A stretch of 64,000 nt of DNA, from positions 182,652,001 to 182,716,000 of the forward strand of contig OZ024743.1 of assembly GCA_964016885.1 (NCBI GenBank), read 5' to 3'. Shown here piece after piece: positions 50,340 to 63,045 of the stretch (the first letter of the stretch is position 1; the number at the start of each line of letters is the position of its first letter). Under the pieces are notes generated by a model that ran no database searches, was not told where the DNA came from, and saw nothing but the letters and a program-made list of their open reading frames with translations. Origin of the DNA: Eledone cirrhosa. Taxonomy: Eukaryota. The position numbers and the translations under genes were made by a program.

Positions 50340-52804
50340 ATTGTGATAACAGAAGATAGTTTAACTAGAAATTGTAATCTTGTAAACCTCACTGGCTAAG
50401 TAAGTTAATTCTTGGTAATAATACTAATTTATTTTTGTACTTTCCATTTAGTATTTTTGCTTCAATTATATTATTTGTAAGGGATTCCACTATTAACCTT
50501 GTTCCATTGTATAACTTTGGAATTTGTAAATTTTTCAAAAGAATAATTGGAGCTCCTTCCTTCAAATTCAATTCATGTAGTGGAAATCCTGATAATTCTA
50601 ATGAATTTAAGAAATCAACCAGAAAATCTACTGCTTCATTTATATCCACTACTTGATCTATAGAATTGTAGGTTCTTAATCTATGTTCTCCTACTTTGTT
50701 AATTGCATATTAATAGCATCAACATTCTCATTTTTAGTAGCTAAAATTATTCTGCCTGACATCCATTCTGTATTAGTGTAATTAATTGCAATGTCCTCAA
50801 AGATAAATGTTTCTAAATCAATTTCATTCTCAACACTATTTCCCACTGGTAATAATATCAAGTGATTGTCATCACTTGGGATCCTTTTTTCTCCTATTTC
50901 TAATAGTTTACATGCAAAATTCTGTAAGTCATTATTTCTTAGGATATGCACTTTCATATTAATTCTTAATGACAATTTGTGGAATAATAACCATAAATGA
51001 TAGATGTATATATTTCATCAGCTTTTGTACCTCTTGGTACTACTGGAAGTATTTGTCTAAAACCACCAGCTAGTAAAACCAAAAGGTAAATTATTATTTT
51101 TAATCTCTTTCAATGTTTTATCAACAGCCTCTAAAATCTTTTTGTGTGATATTGTAACTTCATCGCATACTAATAAATTACAATTTTCTAAGGTTATCCA
51201 AATTCGACTTTTTTCTAATTGATGTGAATTCATCAAGTATTAATGAAGAAAATGTAATTTAAACATTGAATGTACTGTTTTTCCATTATCTATTGAAGTT
51301 GCTGCTATTCCTGAAAAAGCAACAGCTATACTAATAGAACCATTCATTTTATTATTTGCTAGTAAAAGATTGATCAACGATGTGTTTCTAGCATCTAAAA
51401 AGTATAAGGTTTGTTCATTTTTATTGGTTATTGAATCAGTGATTATAGTGTAAATAAGTCTTTGTTCTTCATTTAACAATGGTTCATTCACATCTACAAA
51501 GTTTCTTATTTCTAAGTGTTTATTTACTCTTTCAATATTGTTTCCTTCTAGTTCTTCATAAGTTGGTTCAGACAGCCCTATTTCAATTAAAGCCTTTTAT
51601 CCTATTTCATATAAAAGAGCTTTAAGTTTGTGTAAAAGTTCACAGTATAATATTTCTTCTTGTTGATTGCCAATCGATTTAGAATCTCAACTGACATTGG
51701 TTGTTTAAATTCTTCATATAATACTACAGGATCAGAAGGATTGCAATGAATTAGAATTATTGCAAATAAGTATCTCACCTGATATGGCAGTTTGGTAGAA
51801 ACAGTTTCTCTAAGTGCTAGTTTTAGATGATTGTCATCTAACAACTCCCTGGCCAAACATATTTTTATGACTCTGAAAGATTTTGGACCTCTAGCAATAA
51901 TCTGAGATAATAACACCCTGTTTGATTAGGTGGTACAGTGTAAATTATAGAACATGTTAGCACAAATCTACCATTCAATCTTCTTTTCCATGTTTTATTG
52001 GAAATAAGAGTATAATGAGATGGAATGATCCTTACATAAGAAACTTGCATGTTCATCAATTTCGTTTAATTTGAAGAATGAAATTAAAGTAGTATTTTTT
52101 TTTATTTCTAATTCTTTGTTCAATATCATTACTGGTAAAGTATAATCTTTGGCCATTTTCTACATGTATATCCAATTGTTGAACAGTTGGGTATCACATG
52201 TGAATATTAAATTGAAGGATTTTCCATGCAGCCTCATTACTATTGAGATAATGTCCTGTTACCAACTTATTGACTTCATTATATTGGTCATTATTCCGTA
52301 TTCTTAGAACAGCAGCATCGTCACCTTTATTAAAGTACTTAGTTATATATACTATAGCTCTAACAGAGGAACAAAGTTCTACTTTGATGTGGCCTTTAAA
52401 TACTTTCAAAAGCAATGGATTGTAAGGTACAATCCACCTATTGTCAATTGTTTAAGTTTTTGTGTTTCTTGTTATTGTTCTTTCTCCATCTTCTGTTTTT
52501 CTCTGTCCATATTATGGATATCCTTTGACATCTGTCCTGGTTTCATTAATTAAATATTTGGGTGGTGGATTGGCAGTATCGGTAGAGGGTCGGACGCCAT
52601 GCTTTCCAGCATAGTTACGTCCCTTAACAATCTGAGTTCAAATCCCGCCGGGGTTGACTTTGCCTTTCATCCTTACGGGGTCGATAAAATAAAGTACCAG
52701 TAATGCACTGGGTAATTGCTGGCCTAGTGCCAAAAGTAGAAACAATTAATTAAATATTTGGGGTAATTTTTCATACATTTTCCATTATTCATACATGGAC
52801 AGTC
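50340..52804 (-). mobile_element. Helitron 1: old AT-rich Rep/Pif1 helicase relic
   Basis: YITKYFNKG, AVAFSGIAAT..GKTVHSMFK, GGFRQILPV, ILATKN, GFPLHELNLKEGAPIILLKNL..NGTRL, LPRI; many stops. Confidence 0.88.
52563..52744 (+). mobile_element. tRNA-derived SINE with 18-bp target-site duplication inside Helitron 1
   Basis: TSD ATTAATTAAATATTTGGG at 52545..52562 and 52745..52762; B box GAGTTCAAATCCC. Confidence 0.9.
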
Positions 52805-55800
52805 AATGTTGCCCAGAGTTCAACTCGGGGAGGTGGCCTGGTTTGAACTCCAAATGGCGGATCCTTCTACTTTGAAAATAGAATCGTTTTTCAATATTAC
52901 TCTAGCCCTGGCCGGCCATAGGATCCAACCTTTTTGCCAGACTCGGCATATGATGAGGTTTTATTACCACCGCTATCAGAAGCGATAAATTTGAAGGCAA
53001 TTTCTACCAATACTTGGTTTTTATTGCTCATAACAACATTAAATGACATTGAACATAAATGATAACTCTGTCAAAGCTCACAATACTGATCAAAGGACAC
53101 CAATGTCCGAATCATTTACGTCGCTTATTGATAGCATTAAAGATATGCATACATTAGCTCAAAGCTTCATTATAGACAATATTCAGGGTTGTTCCTCTGT
53201 TAGTGGTATCAATTGCAAATTTTATACCATAAGGATCGCACACTCGAGATGCAGCAACATACTGTTGCCCATGGCTGAATGCTGGATCATTCAAGTAGAC
53301 ACCGACTTGCTTGAAAGTCTGTCCCTGTGCCTTGTTGACAGTCATGGAGAAGGCCAAATTGACGGGAAACTGTCTCCTTTGCCAAATGAATGGCAGCAGA
53401 TCTTCACTTGGTCTCAGCATGATCCTCGGAATGAGAACCGATTCCTCTCTGCCTGGGAGTTTAGCTTCTAAAACTCTTCCGTTAATCAATCTCTCAACAA
53501 TCAATCAGGTACCATTGCAAAGACCCATTTTATGATTGATATTTCTAAGCAATATAATCGGCATTCCCCGGATTTCCCCCACATATTTTGAGGTTGAAAC
53601 CTTTTTCAACCTCAAAATATGTGGGGGAAATCCAGGTATTTGAAGTGAATTCAGATACTCAGTCGGAACATCCATATTGTTCTACTGATTAGGCTCCATT
53701 GCATCCGCACTGACGGTCAACCATTCCTCTCCAGGAAACATTCCGGCTACTTGTGAATTTATTTCATCGACCGTTGCATTCTTATGAGTTAAAATAACGC
53801 ATTCCGATATCCAGGAGATATTCTGCCAAAAAGCATTCAAATTAGGGAACACCCAGTCAATCAATGCTTGGTGGTCCAGTGGCATAACCAAATGGTCTGG
53901 GATTCTTACAGTCTGATTATCTCCAATGTGTGGCAATTCATCGTTTCCCAACTGCATCAACCATCGGCCGTATGTCTCAACCTCTTCGTTTTGCCCGATC
54001 ATACGAAGTCACATATTATCGTGTAATCGCAAAAACTCTGAAATGGTGCCACAATGGGGACTTTTTCAGACATGCATCGACAATTTGCGCTCTTTGAGCA
54101 TTCCTAACAATTGGTAGCACCTGTCTGAAATCGCCACCAAGAACGATAGTCTTACCACCGAATGGCAGGTCACTACCGCAGATATCTCTCATAGTTCTGT
54201 CCAATGCCTCCAGCAAATATCTGTGTGCCATTGGAGCCTCGTCCCAAATAATCAGAGACGTATTGCGTATAAGGCCCGCGAGTTCACTTTGTCCTTACAG
54301 ACACTCAACTCATCCGGAGCCAATGGAGCCTTGAAGCATGAATGGAAGGTCCTTCCACCACTTAGCAAAGTGGCAGCGATCCCACTGGTGGCCACAGGGA
54401 GAGCAATCTTCCTCTGAGCTCTGACTGCTGATAACATAGTGTTGAAACAGAATGTCTTGGAGCATCTATGAAAGCACAAAGTTGCTCATTAGTAGAAATC
54501 GAGTGGAGAACGCCATCAACCAATTCTCTCTGAGATTGGGTCAACATTGGCATACGTTCATCCACAATACGTTGCTGTTCCAGTGGATCAAACTGGAATA
54601 GTTCCCTCTGATCGAGTGGCACCCGTCTAAGCTGCAATCTCATGTTCAATGCTAAGACACGTTGCCGCATTTCTTCATCAGGAATTGGCAAATTGAAATC
54701 TGTTAAACATTTGAAATGAACTTCAAGCAGTTGCTCAATATTGAGCAAAACAATAGCTTTCATCACATTTTCATCATCGACCTGAAGATGATGCCTAAAA
54801 TCATAAGACATAATTCCCCATGGGCGTTCAAATAACTCTCTTCGGCAGGATTGCAGAATCCTAGAATCGTGACAAACAACTGCCTTATTTGAGCTGGCAT
54901 CTGTGTTGTTCCTGCAGCTTCCATGGCATTATTCCATTCAGCGTCATCCTGAAGGAGTCCCAGATGCTGACACACAGCCTGGTATGTTTCATATTCCATG
55001 CCATTGATTGTTTTCAAATCAGCGAAGCTCTGTTTACTTCTCGAAAAATCATTATGCAACAGAATTCGGAGATAAAACACATCACCAGATGCTGGATGGA
55101 CATTACAAACCCGTCCAATAGTCATGAATCTCAACTTTTGTTTTCTATCATTCCATTTCTTTCCCTTCTTATCCTACGTATAGTGCGAAGGGAAATCGCA
55201 GTAGAGTTGCCTTTGATCTGGGTTCAAAGCATGTTCCCTATTATGCTTGAACCACTCAGTCAATTCCGTCTTAGGAGGTGGTGCGTTAGCAATTCTTTCG
55301 ACACCTCTTCTAGTGTCCTGAAAACAGACCATTTGCCTATTCTCGTCAGTTTCTAAACGCTGGGTTTGCATTCATTGAGATCAAAATCGAACAATCTCCA
55401 GCAAGCTTCGCTAGATCCAATCGAGTGAACATCCTGGAACCTTCCAACTTCATCTCCTTGGTTCGCTTCCTCATTCCTGACATTCATCATTGCCCGATCA
55501 TGACCTTTGTAAACATATTTGAATAGATATTTGCAAGCTTTCACTGAGCTACAAATTTCCACATTAATATGACAACGATATTTCATAATCAAATATGGAT
55601 TGTGTTTACATTTTCGACCAAACCGCCATCGGCAGACGACCGTCTTCTGTATGAGGGATGAGCATCCTCATCGTTCCAGGAAATGTTCGTGACAAAAGAT
55701 TTCGGAAAGTGCTTACTGCATTGGCCATTTTTCATGCAAGGTGCTTTCCGATTTGCCACTCCGCATTGGTTGTGCACCATTGACTTTGCCACCAAGTTGC

Positions 55801-57540
55801 GTAGTGCCTCGTTCTCCGGAAGTTCAGCACACACAATGCTGTCGACATCCTCAGCACATCTCAATTTGCAATCTCTATGTAAAATGATCAGCAAATGTGC
55901 ATGTGGCAATCCTCTTTTTTGGAATTCAATTACGTATGTAAAAGCAACTATACCTCCAAAGATTCCCTCTTTTTCCACATCATCCATTATCTTTTTCAGA
56001 TATCCTTTGAATACTCTTGCCACAATATCAGGACGGTCCTTTGGCTGTTGTCCAATTTGCTTGTAATTGGCATCATCGGCTGTTATAGTATCCTGTATAT
56101 TATTATACAATTCAGCTATGATATGTTGCTGATGTGTAGCTATATAATTTAGCTTTTGATTTTCGATCTTTGCGAATGCCATACAACAGTATTCCTGGAA
56201 CAATCTGCGCATTTCTCTGTTGATTCCTCTCGTTCACGTAAAAATCGCAAATCGAATTATTGTGTCTATTGCCACCTCTCTGTTGATGCTGATTCTCATG
56301 ATCATCTAAATGAACAGACATGTTCCATCCATTTTCACCTTTTGGGAATAAAAGAACATAATGCAATCGATCGTATGCCCTATTTGACTCATTGATAGTC
56401 TTGAGACCACCATCTCTGCGATTGAGGACGATATCTCTCGATCCATGCTTATCGTCCATCAACACAGCAACTTCACGAAATCCTTCAGGGGCATTATATC
56501 GCCGTTCGTGTTGATTCCTTGGCACTGCGGCAGCCTTAATCACCAATGTTTGCTGCTGAACATTTTGCAGTTCAGCCACCAACATGAAATCCATAACATG
56601 AAATCCATAACATAAGGATTACACTGCCTAAGCCATGATTGCAAATCACGGATCAAATCACTTAACCTTTGCCGTTCAAGTTCAGTTATATTTCCCGGCA
56701 ACTTCATCCAACCGATCCTGATATCCTCCTCCGATTCACTATAATCTGGATCGTTAACGTAAATTTGAGCGAATCGAGGCCTCTCTCCTGGGGTAACTTC
56801 TAAATTACCGATACAATGATACCAACGGCCTTGAATGACTACATTCGGTTGCCATGCTCCACTCTCAAACATCTCACTAACTCTCTGCAATGCTAAAGCT
56901 AATGAATTGTTAATTTGCCGCGAACATTTGCGCAGTAATCTACCTTGGTCTCCTTGATCACCCCACATACTTAGTATTTTAAACTCCGCTGACTCCTCAT
57001 CATCCGGCATTCGCAAGGGTTCTAGTTGAACTGCTCCTTTATGACAGCACATTGTGGTCCACGTCTTTTCGTGCCTCCAAAGCAATGCTCCACAATGTGG
57101 ACACTCTGCTCGTCCACCAATCTGAAAATGACACGGTTGCCATGATCCATTTTTAATATCATTCGTTCGCCTTCTGGCCTCTTTACTGGAATGAGGAGCA
57201 CTTTGGCGACACATTCTCTGAACTTCTGTATTGCACTGGCGCTGTTCAGCCAGCTCCTCTTCATCCATCACAGCACGCCGTTGCTGCTGAATTCTGGCCA
57301 TCTGCTGATGATGCTCAGCCAGTTCATCTTCAACCATCGCAGCACGCCGTCGCTGCTTGGCTCCAGTGTTTCGTTGGCATTGTTCAGCCAGCTCCTCTTC
57401 ATTCATGGCGGCACATCTTTGCCTCTGAAGTTCGGCGTTCCGATGGCGCTATTCGGCCCGTTTTTCTTCATTGCTGGCTGCACGCCGTCGACGCTGTAGT
57501 TCACTGTTTGATAAAGTCGAATTGCTTTTATTATCAGTAT
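52805..57540 (-). mobile_element. Helitron 2: near-complete RepHel coding region, frameshifted; 5' boundary uncertain
   Basis: 23-aa N-terminal repeats, CPHCGALLW..CC zinc finger, HUH motif VIEFQKRGLPHAH, KYLFKYVYKG, Pif1 motifs [54 protein letters not shown]. Confidence 0.95.
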
Positions 57541-58293
57541 TCATTTCGAGCAATTGTCAAAAAATAACACAATAATAAATATAAAAGATGTCCGCCAATG
57601 TAAAAAAAGGTCCCTATTTACTCCCTTCACAACTCTGTGTATGTTAGACTGACAGACAGGCACACAGACAGATAAACTGCGTGGCGATTGTGGAACGCCA
57701 CACACATACACGCATGAAACGCGCACACTCACGCAAACTTGCACACGTACATTCACACATGTTGATAGTTTTTACTTTCTGTGGAACACTGCACACACGC
57801 ACACACACATAAACATACGCGCACGTACATACACACGCACATATGTTAATAGTTATTGCTTTCGTTCCCTCTTATTTCCACACACATCACACACATACAT
57901 AGTGTATCAAACACAGCGTTCAAACTCTCCCCTCTCACTCCCTCATTGGTATTATGCATATTAATTTCAGTTTGGCGTCGTTGAGGTGGGCGGAGTCGCT
58001 TGAAACCTATGAACCAATGATAATCGAGAATTATGACACACGGAATAATGACGTTGTTGAAATTAATATAAAGATTATGAAGTTTCCGATAGTTTTCGAG
58101 GCCATATACGTTCGAAACATCAACAGCCATAGGAAAAATATAAATTTTGCCTCCAAAGCGCAACGGGTGTAATAGTAACAATTTACCCAAAGTGTATCAA
58201 GTCATAGTTCCTTTTCACTGAATATGTAAATATAGTTTGTTTTTTCTCTTTTGTCTGTGATTTTTTTTTAACATGAATAGATTTTATTCATCA

Positions 58294-58422
58294 CTGGCGG
58301 CTCATCTTACTGAGGTGTCAGGTGATGCCCGTGAGGGTACCTCGATGTTTCAGCGCCTTAACCTCATCATTACCTGTGGTAATGCTGTGAGCGTGTTGGC
58401 TTGCCTCAAAGTGTGTAGTTAA
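58294..58422 (+). mobile_element. CRE-like element extreme C-terminal fragment
   Basis: LAAHLTEVSGDAREGTSMFQRLNLIITCGNAVSVLACLKVCS-stop, matching the QR.S....RGNA.S.L end of CRE ORFs. Confidence 0.65.
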
Positions 58423-58534
58423 CCCCTAAGGTATGAGATGCAGCCGATTGATGCACTTGGTGGTGAATTGTACCATCCCCCTCTTTTTTCTTTCCTTTAT
58501 CATTTTGTTCAATGAATTATATTATTATATTATT

Positions 58535-58890
58535 ATCATCATCATCATCATTTTACGTCCGCTTTCCCCTGCTTACAAGGGTGGGACGGGAACTGATTCT
58601 GGCTTGATTTCTACAGCTGGATGCCCTTCCTAACACCAACCTCATTTACAGTGAGTGCTGGGTGCTTTTTTTCTGTGGCGCCTACACGTCCACTTTACAG
58701 TGTGGGCTGGGTGCTTTTTTGCCGTGGCACCTCCACGACCACTTTGAAGCGGAAATGAGATGATAGGGACTGGGGTCCCTATCATCTCATTTCTACAGCT
58801 GAGTAAACTGGAGCAATGTGAAATAAAATGTCTTGCTCAAGGAAACAACACATCACTCGGTTTGAGAATTGAACCCTTCGATTGCAAGCC
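58535..58890 (-). mobile_element. Composite SINE copy with one extra tail hairpin unit
   Basis: Matches 38774..39114 but carries two ~48-bp units before the terminal motif. Confidence 0.88.
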
Positions 58891-59093
58891 CAATCTTATA
58901 CACATTGTATTTATTATATGTGTTTGTATTTTCATTCTGAAAGAATTGTGAACAATTTGTAATGTTATTTATACAACTGTAAATAAAACTTTTGTTAAAT
59001 TCCCTTTTGTTCAAAAAATTTCATTTGGAGAATATAATGTTTACATTAAAAATGAAAAAAAAAGCGAAAATTAAGGGAATGGGGAACGGCAGG

Positions 59094-59418
59094 CTCAACA
59101 ACTCGGTTTAGTTGGAATATGCCCCGCGTACAAAATGGCGAAGACATTTCTGCGGAGCGGCACCCGCTTCATCAGCCACTCTACCCCACCGCGAGATATA
59201 TCCCTCCCAATTTTGCAGAGGAAAACGTCAGTTCGGGGACTGAGGACACCAGAGCTCTCGGCGGTGACAGGTGAAATTCCGATAATATTCGTCTTTACGA
59301 ACGGCAGTGTCTAGGTTTGTGGATTGCGAACTTGTCGCGGCCCGTGGCGTCCTAGATTAGAGATTTAGGGTCAAGGCCGACAGACTCCATTTGTGATGGC
59401 AAATCAGCCGCCTCAAGG
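59094..59418 (-). mobile_element. CRE-like endonuclease/C-terminal fragment with internal deletions
   Basis: LEAADLPSQMESVGLD..SLI*DATGRDKF and PVTAESSGVLSPRTDVFLCKIGRDIS..EWLMKRV..RRNVFAILYAG align with 17340-17770. Confidence 0.8.
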
Positions 59419-60585
59419 CTCCGACAGTTGTACTTATTAAAATAAGTTTTCCTCTACTTCTGTTTCACTTGTCCCCGCTTTCCATCCGTTATTTTTAGAC
59501 GGTGGTCTCAAAATGTTAATGTTTACAAATATGTTGCCTGTGAGAACAGGCAAGAGAGAGTGAGATGAGGAGGAAGGGTAGAAGAAAATGGAAGGAGTAT
59601 AGCGGTACCATCTCCTAGTCGGAGCCCTCTCCAACGCAGAGCAGTATCACACAGAAAGTAAATATCACACTGACACTTCTCACATTTTCTGTCTGGCTCT
59701 ATCTCACTTTCCTTTCCCTACTATGTCAGCTACATACATTTCTCACTATCTTTCATTTATCAGCTGTCCATGTTGTTAGCAAAACTGAATAAAAAACAGT
59801 TACCAGTCTCATTTTTAACCATCCTATCTGCACGAAATGTTAAGGAACAATAAAGTTTTCTGGGTAATTAAAATGAACGTGCAGTAAATTCTTATATATA
59901 ACTTTGACAGTGACGGCCATTCTTAACCACAATTTCCCTCCCTGGGGCTTCCTGTAAGTAGGAAGAAATGAGAGTAAAGCAGGTTTGTTAAAAGTAAGTG
60001 TATAAAGAAGACATTGCGTGTAAAATTTGTTAACTGTCTTTAATTAAGTTTCTTTACATTCAAATTCAGCCTGGGTTAATTTTTTTTCACCTTTGCACTT
60101 TCGAGTTTCGGTAAAATAAAACGACAGCTAAGTAGTAGCAATCAATTCGATTTATTCGATTATACACCATTGTGTAAGAAATCATTAATAGGACTGTTGC
60201 ATAACAGAAAATGTTAAATGTTTTACCGAAAACTAGGTCTTTAAATTCGTTTGTACCATATTCCTGGTAAATAATACTTGCAAAGTTACGCTGTTTTACA
60301 AGAGAACCTTTGCGTTGTCGCTCGACCTCGTAGCGCACCTTACAGTCTTTAAAAAAGAAATATATAATGTAGGCTACATCTAGGTTAAAGAAAAGACGGG
60401 AAGGCCACAGCTGGAATACTTTCGATCGTAGTTGTAAATAATTACTTCGATTTTTTTTATACAAAGACAGTAATTTGGGGGAAGGAGAAAGTCGAGTAAA
60501 TCAACCCTAGTACTTAACTAGTATTTTAACAATTAGTGAAGAGTATCATTTAATGAAGTTAAAATATATTAACTAATCAACTTAC

Positions 60586-60669
60586 GATGTGCTCTGAAGA
60601 ATTCAAACACTGCAAAGCATTGCAGAAATCTCTTGCAATCAAACCAGCTGAGCAGATTCCCCAACGCAT
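60586..60669 (-). CDS. DHDH: DHDH-like exon 1 (trans-1,2-dihydrobenzene-1,2-diol / D-xylose 1-dehydrogenase family)
   Basis: MRWGICSAGLIARDFCNALQCLNSSEHI then gtaagt; Rossmann start; seven exons join in frame to 987 nt (328 aa plus stop). Confidence 0.92.
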
Positions 60670-60742
60670 TGTTTCAAACGAACTTCTCAACTTCGTTGGT
60701 AGAGCTGTTAAAAATATTAAATAAATCGGTGATAAGGTTCTC

Positions 60743-60752
60743 CTTTTATATA
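60743..60752 (-). promoter_or_regulatory. TATA box of the DHDH-like gene
   Basis: TATATAAAAG on the minus strand about 75 nt upstream of the ATG. Confidence 0.6.
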
Positions 60753-60894
60753 AGGCTGTCGGTACTTTTAAATTAGTGTCGGAACAAACACACACTTAAA
60801 CCATAACTTTCTTTTGTTCCTAAAATTTCTTTGGATCTTTATTTTAAACATAGAAGATTACTAGTCAGCAAAAAAAATATATATATATAAACTA

Positions 60895-63045
60895 CTAGCA
60901 GCCATACCCAGCGTTGCCCGGGTGTAAGTCTACCATTAGTAAATAATTTTTTTAAAGAGAAAACAACGTAGCACGAACCCCCCAAAAAACATTTATTTTT
61001 AACCATAAGAAGTATGTGTTGTTCGATGTAAAAACGATAAAATGTTATGGCATATGAAAGGTGAATGAGTGTAAAAGCGTGACATTGACGCGGTGAAGCT
61101 CCAAACGCAAACTATGCCACAAGGAAGTCAGCAGCCCAAAAGTGAGTCACATGGAATTTATGACAATAATGTGGGATGTTTGGCAATTCAGGGACTAAAG
61201 TCGTTGCGGGATGATGGAGATAATGTATGACGACTTTGAGTGAAAGGTACAAATAGGGGGGGAGGGGGGGTACCATACGTTTGCTACAGTAGAAACATGT
61301 AAATTTTTCGTTATGCATTGCGTATATGTAGGCATTCTAATGATTTATGTAGTTTGAAATGCTTACCATTCTGTATAGTTGTGGCTGCCAATAGAAACTG
61401 TGACGTTGCTTTCCTTAGACTGATTGCAGTGACATAGACCAAACATGAAGGACGCTCAAAATTTCTCAACACAAATTCTGCACCAACCTCGATTGCAAAA
61501 GTAACAGAGAATAACGAATAGCGATTATTACGCCAAAAGAAAAATGCTGAAGCAACTTTTATTGCACGAGATGCAGAAAACAAAACACAACGTTCGATGC
61601 GACAGCAAATAAATGCTGAGGCAACTGCTGCTGCTTGAGGTGCAGAAAACGATTCTCAACCCTCACTGCGACAGAAAGCAAATATCGAGGCAACGTCTAT
61701 TGCAGAAGATGCAGAGAACGAACCACAGTGTTCATTACGGCGGTATAGAAATGGGAGTCAACTTCCGCAGCTCGAGCTGTATCAGCCGAAACACAGCGTC
61801 AACTGCGGCAGCAAAGACATGTGAATCAACGCCTGCTGCACGCGCTGGCGAATCCATGGAAAACTGGCTCCATCAACCAAAGAGGAACGTGCATTTCAAT
61901 ACCGTGCAGCCCAAAGTGGTCACAACGTTTACAGTCGAAAATGTATGGTGTTATGAATTTCAAAAAGGCAGTATGTCTACAATTTGGTAATTATTGAAAG
62001 CAGCGAGGTATTTGATTGTTAGAAGACGGTTTGTGTCGCAGTGTTGATTACAGAACTTCTTGGTACACAATGTTTGTGGTTTTACCGTTCGGAGCAAATG
62101 CATAAAGGTTTCTTTTGCTTCCCACTCTGGAACATCCACCGTATAGCTGACCGTGCGAAAAACATGGCTCTTCTAGGTTTATTCCCGCGACGGACAATAT
62201 TTGCCCCTGAGACTTATTTATCGTCATAGCGAAACTACAACGAACTGGAAACTGGAGCCTCCTAAATGAAAAGGGGATCTCTGATGTTGACGGACAAAGG
62301 GGAATCCTTGGGATAAAAACATTTTCCCCCTTTCCACACCCCGAGAGAATCGTTGCCTCGATCAAGTTTTGCATTAGTTTATTTTCTGTAAGGCGGGTGC
62401 CGTTGCAAAGTTTTGGTGGGTGTAGATTCCTCAAAAGTATAATTGGGCATCCTTGCTTAAGTTCCAATCGATGAGATGGCAACCCGGAGGGGTTCAATGA
62501 GTTAAGAAACTCAATTGGGTAGTTAATGGGGTCTGTGACTGTATCGATGGACTTGTATGTACACGAAGCTGTAGGAAGAGACTTAAGCAGTTGACCGTTG
62601 ATTTTGTCGATAGTCTCATTTTTCGGAGCCAGTATTGCCCTTTCGCACAGTCAGTTTGGATTTTGGTAGTTAGTGCTCAACTCAGGGAATACTGCATCTG
62701 TCAAGTCGTCAGCACTGTCGACTAAAGCGCAGACCGGTTCGAGGGAGATTTTTCCATCTTCATCAAGTGGCACTTTGCCGTTCCCAAGTGTCAATAGGTT
62801 GGTAGCAAAATCTGACACTTGGTCACCAAGCATCCGAGCTCTCATGTTCGTAGAGAGCGTTAATGTTGTGACATAACGCCAAAGCGGAGATGACTTTAAG
62901 CATGCTCGAATAACATCAGCCATTGTTCCTTTGGGAATAACAGGGAGGGTTTGTCTAAAATCTCCGGATAAAAGGACAGCCACGCCTCCCATGGGATACT
63001 GGGAGTCTCTTATGTCTCTTGAAGTCCGGTCCAGTGCCTCCAAAA
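60895..63045 (-). mobile_element. Helitron 3: 3' portion with canonical terminus
   Basis: Helicase C-half (GDFRQTLP, ILAPKN, TINKSQGQ, HGQLY..SRV, NIVYQEVL-stop); ends CCCGG-GCAACG-CTGGG hairpin then CTAG followed by T; 5' extent unresolved. Confidence 0.9.
61500..61860 (+). pseudogene. Decayed ORF of tandem 23-aa STPR-like repeats, antisense inside Helitron 3
   Basis: ENNE*RLLRQKKNAEATFIARDA / ENKTQRSMRQQINAEATAAA*GA / ENDSQPSLRQKANIEATSIAEDA / ENEPQCSLRRYRN..; 69-bp period. Confidence 0.7.

Noticed and set aside
58330-58380. Hammerhead-like TGATGA..GAAA on the minus strand
   Set aside because: C3 is missing, stem III is poor, and the plus strand encodes a CRE C-terminus
59070-59425. GC-rich island resembling a structured ncRNA (ACCCTAA as telomerase template; AGTCCCCG/CGGGGC as RNase MRP P4; T-run terminator)
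   Set aside because: No pseudoknot, H/ACA box or GAAAG core, and the minus strand translates into a CRE endonuclease C-terminus that explains the composition
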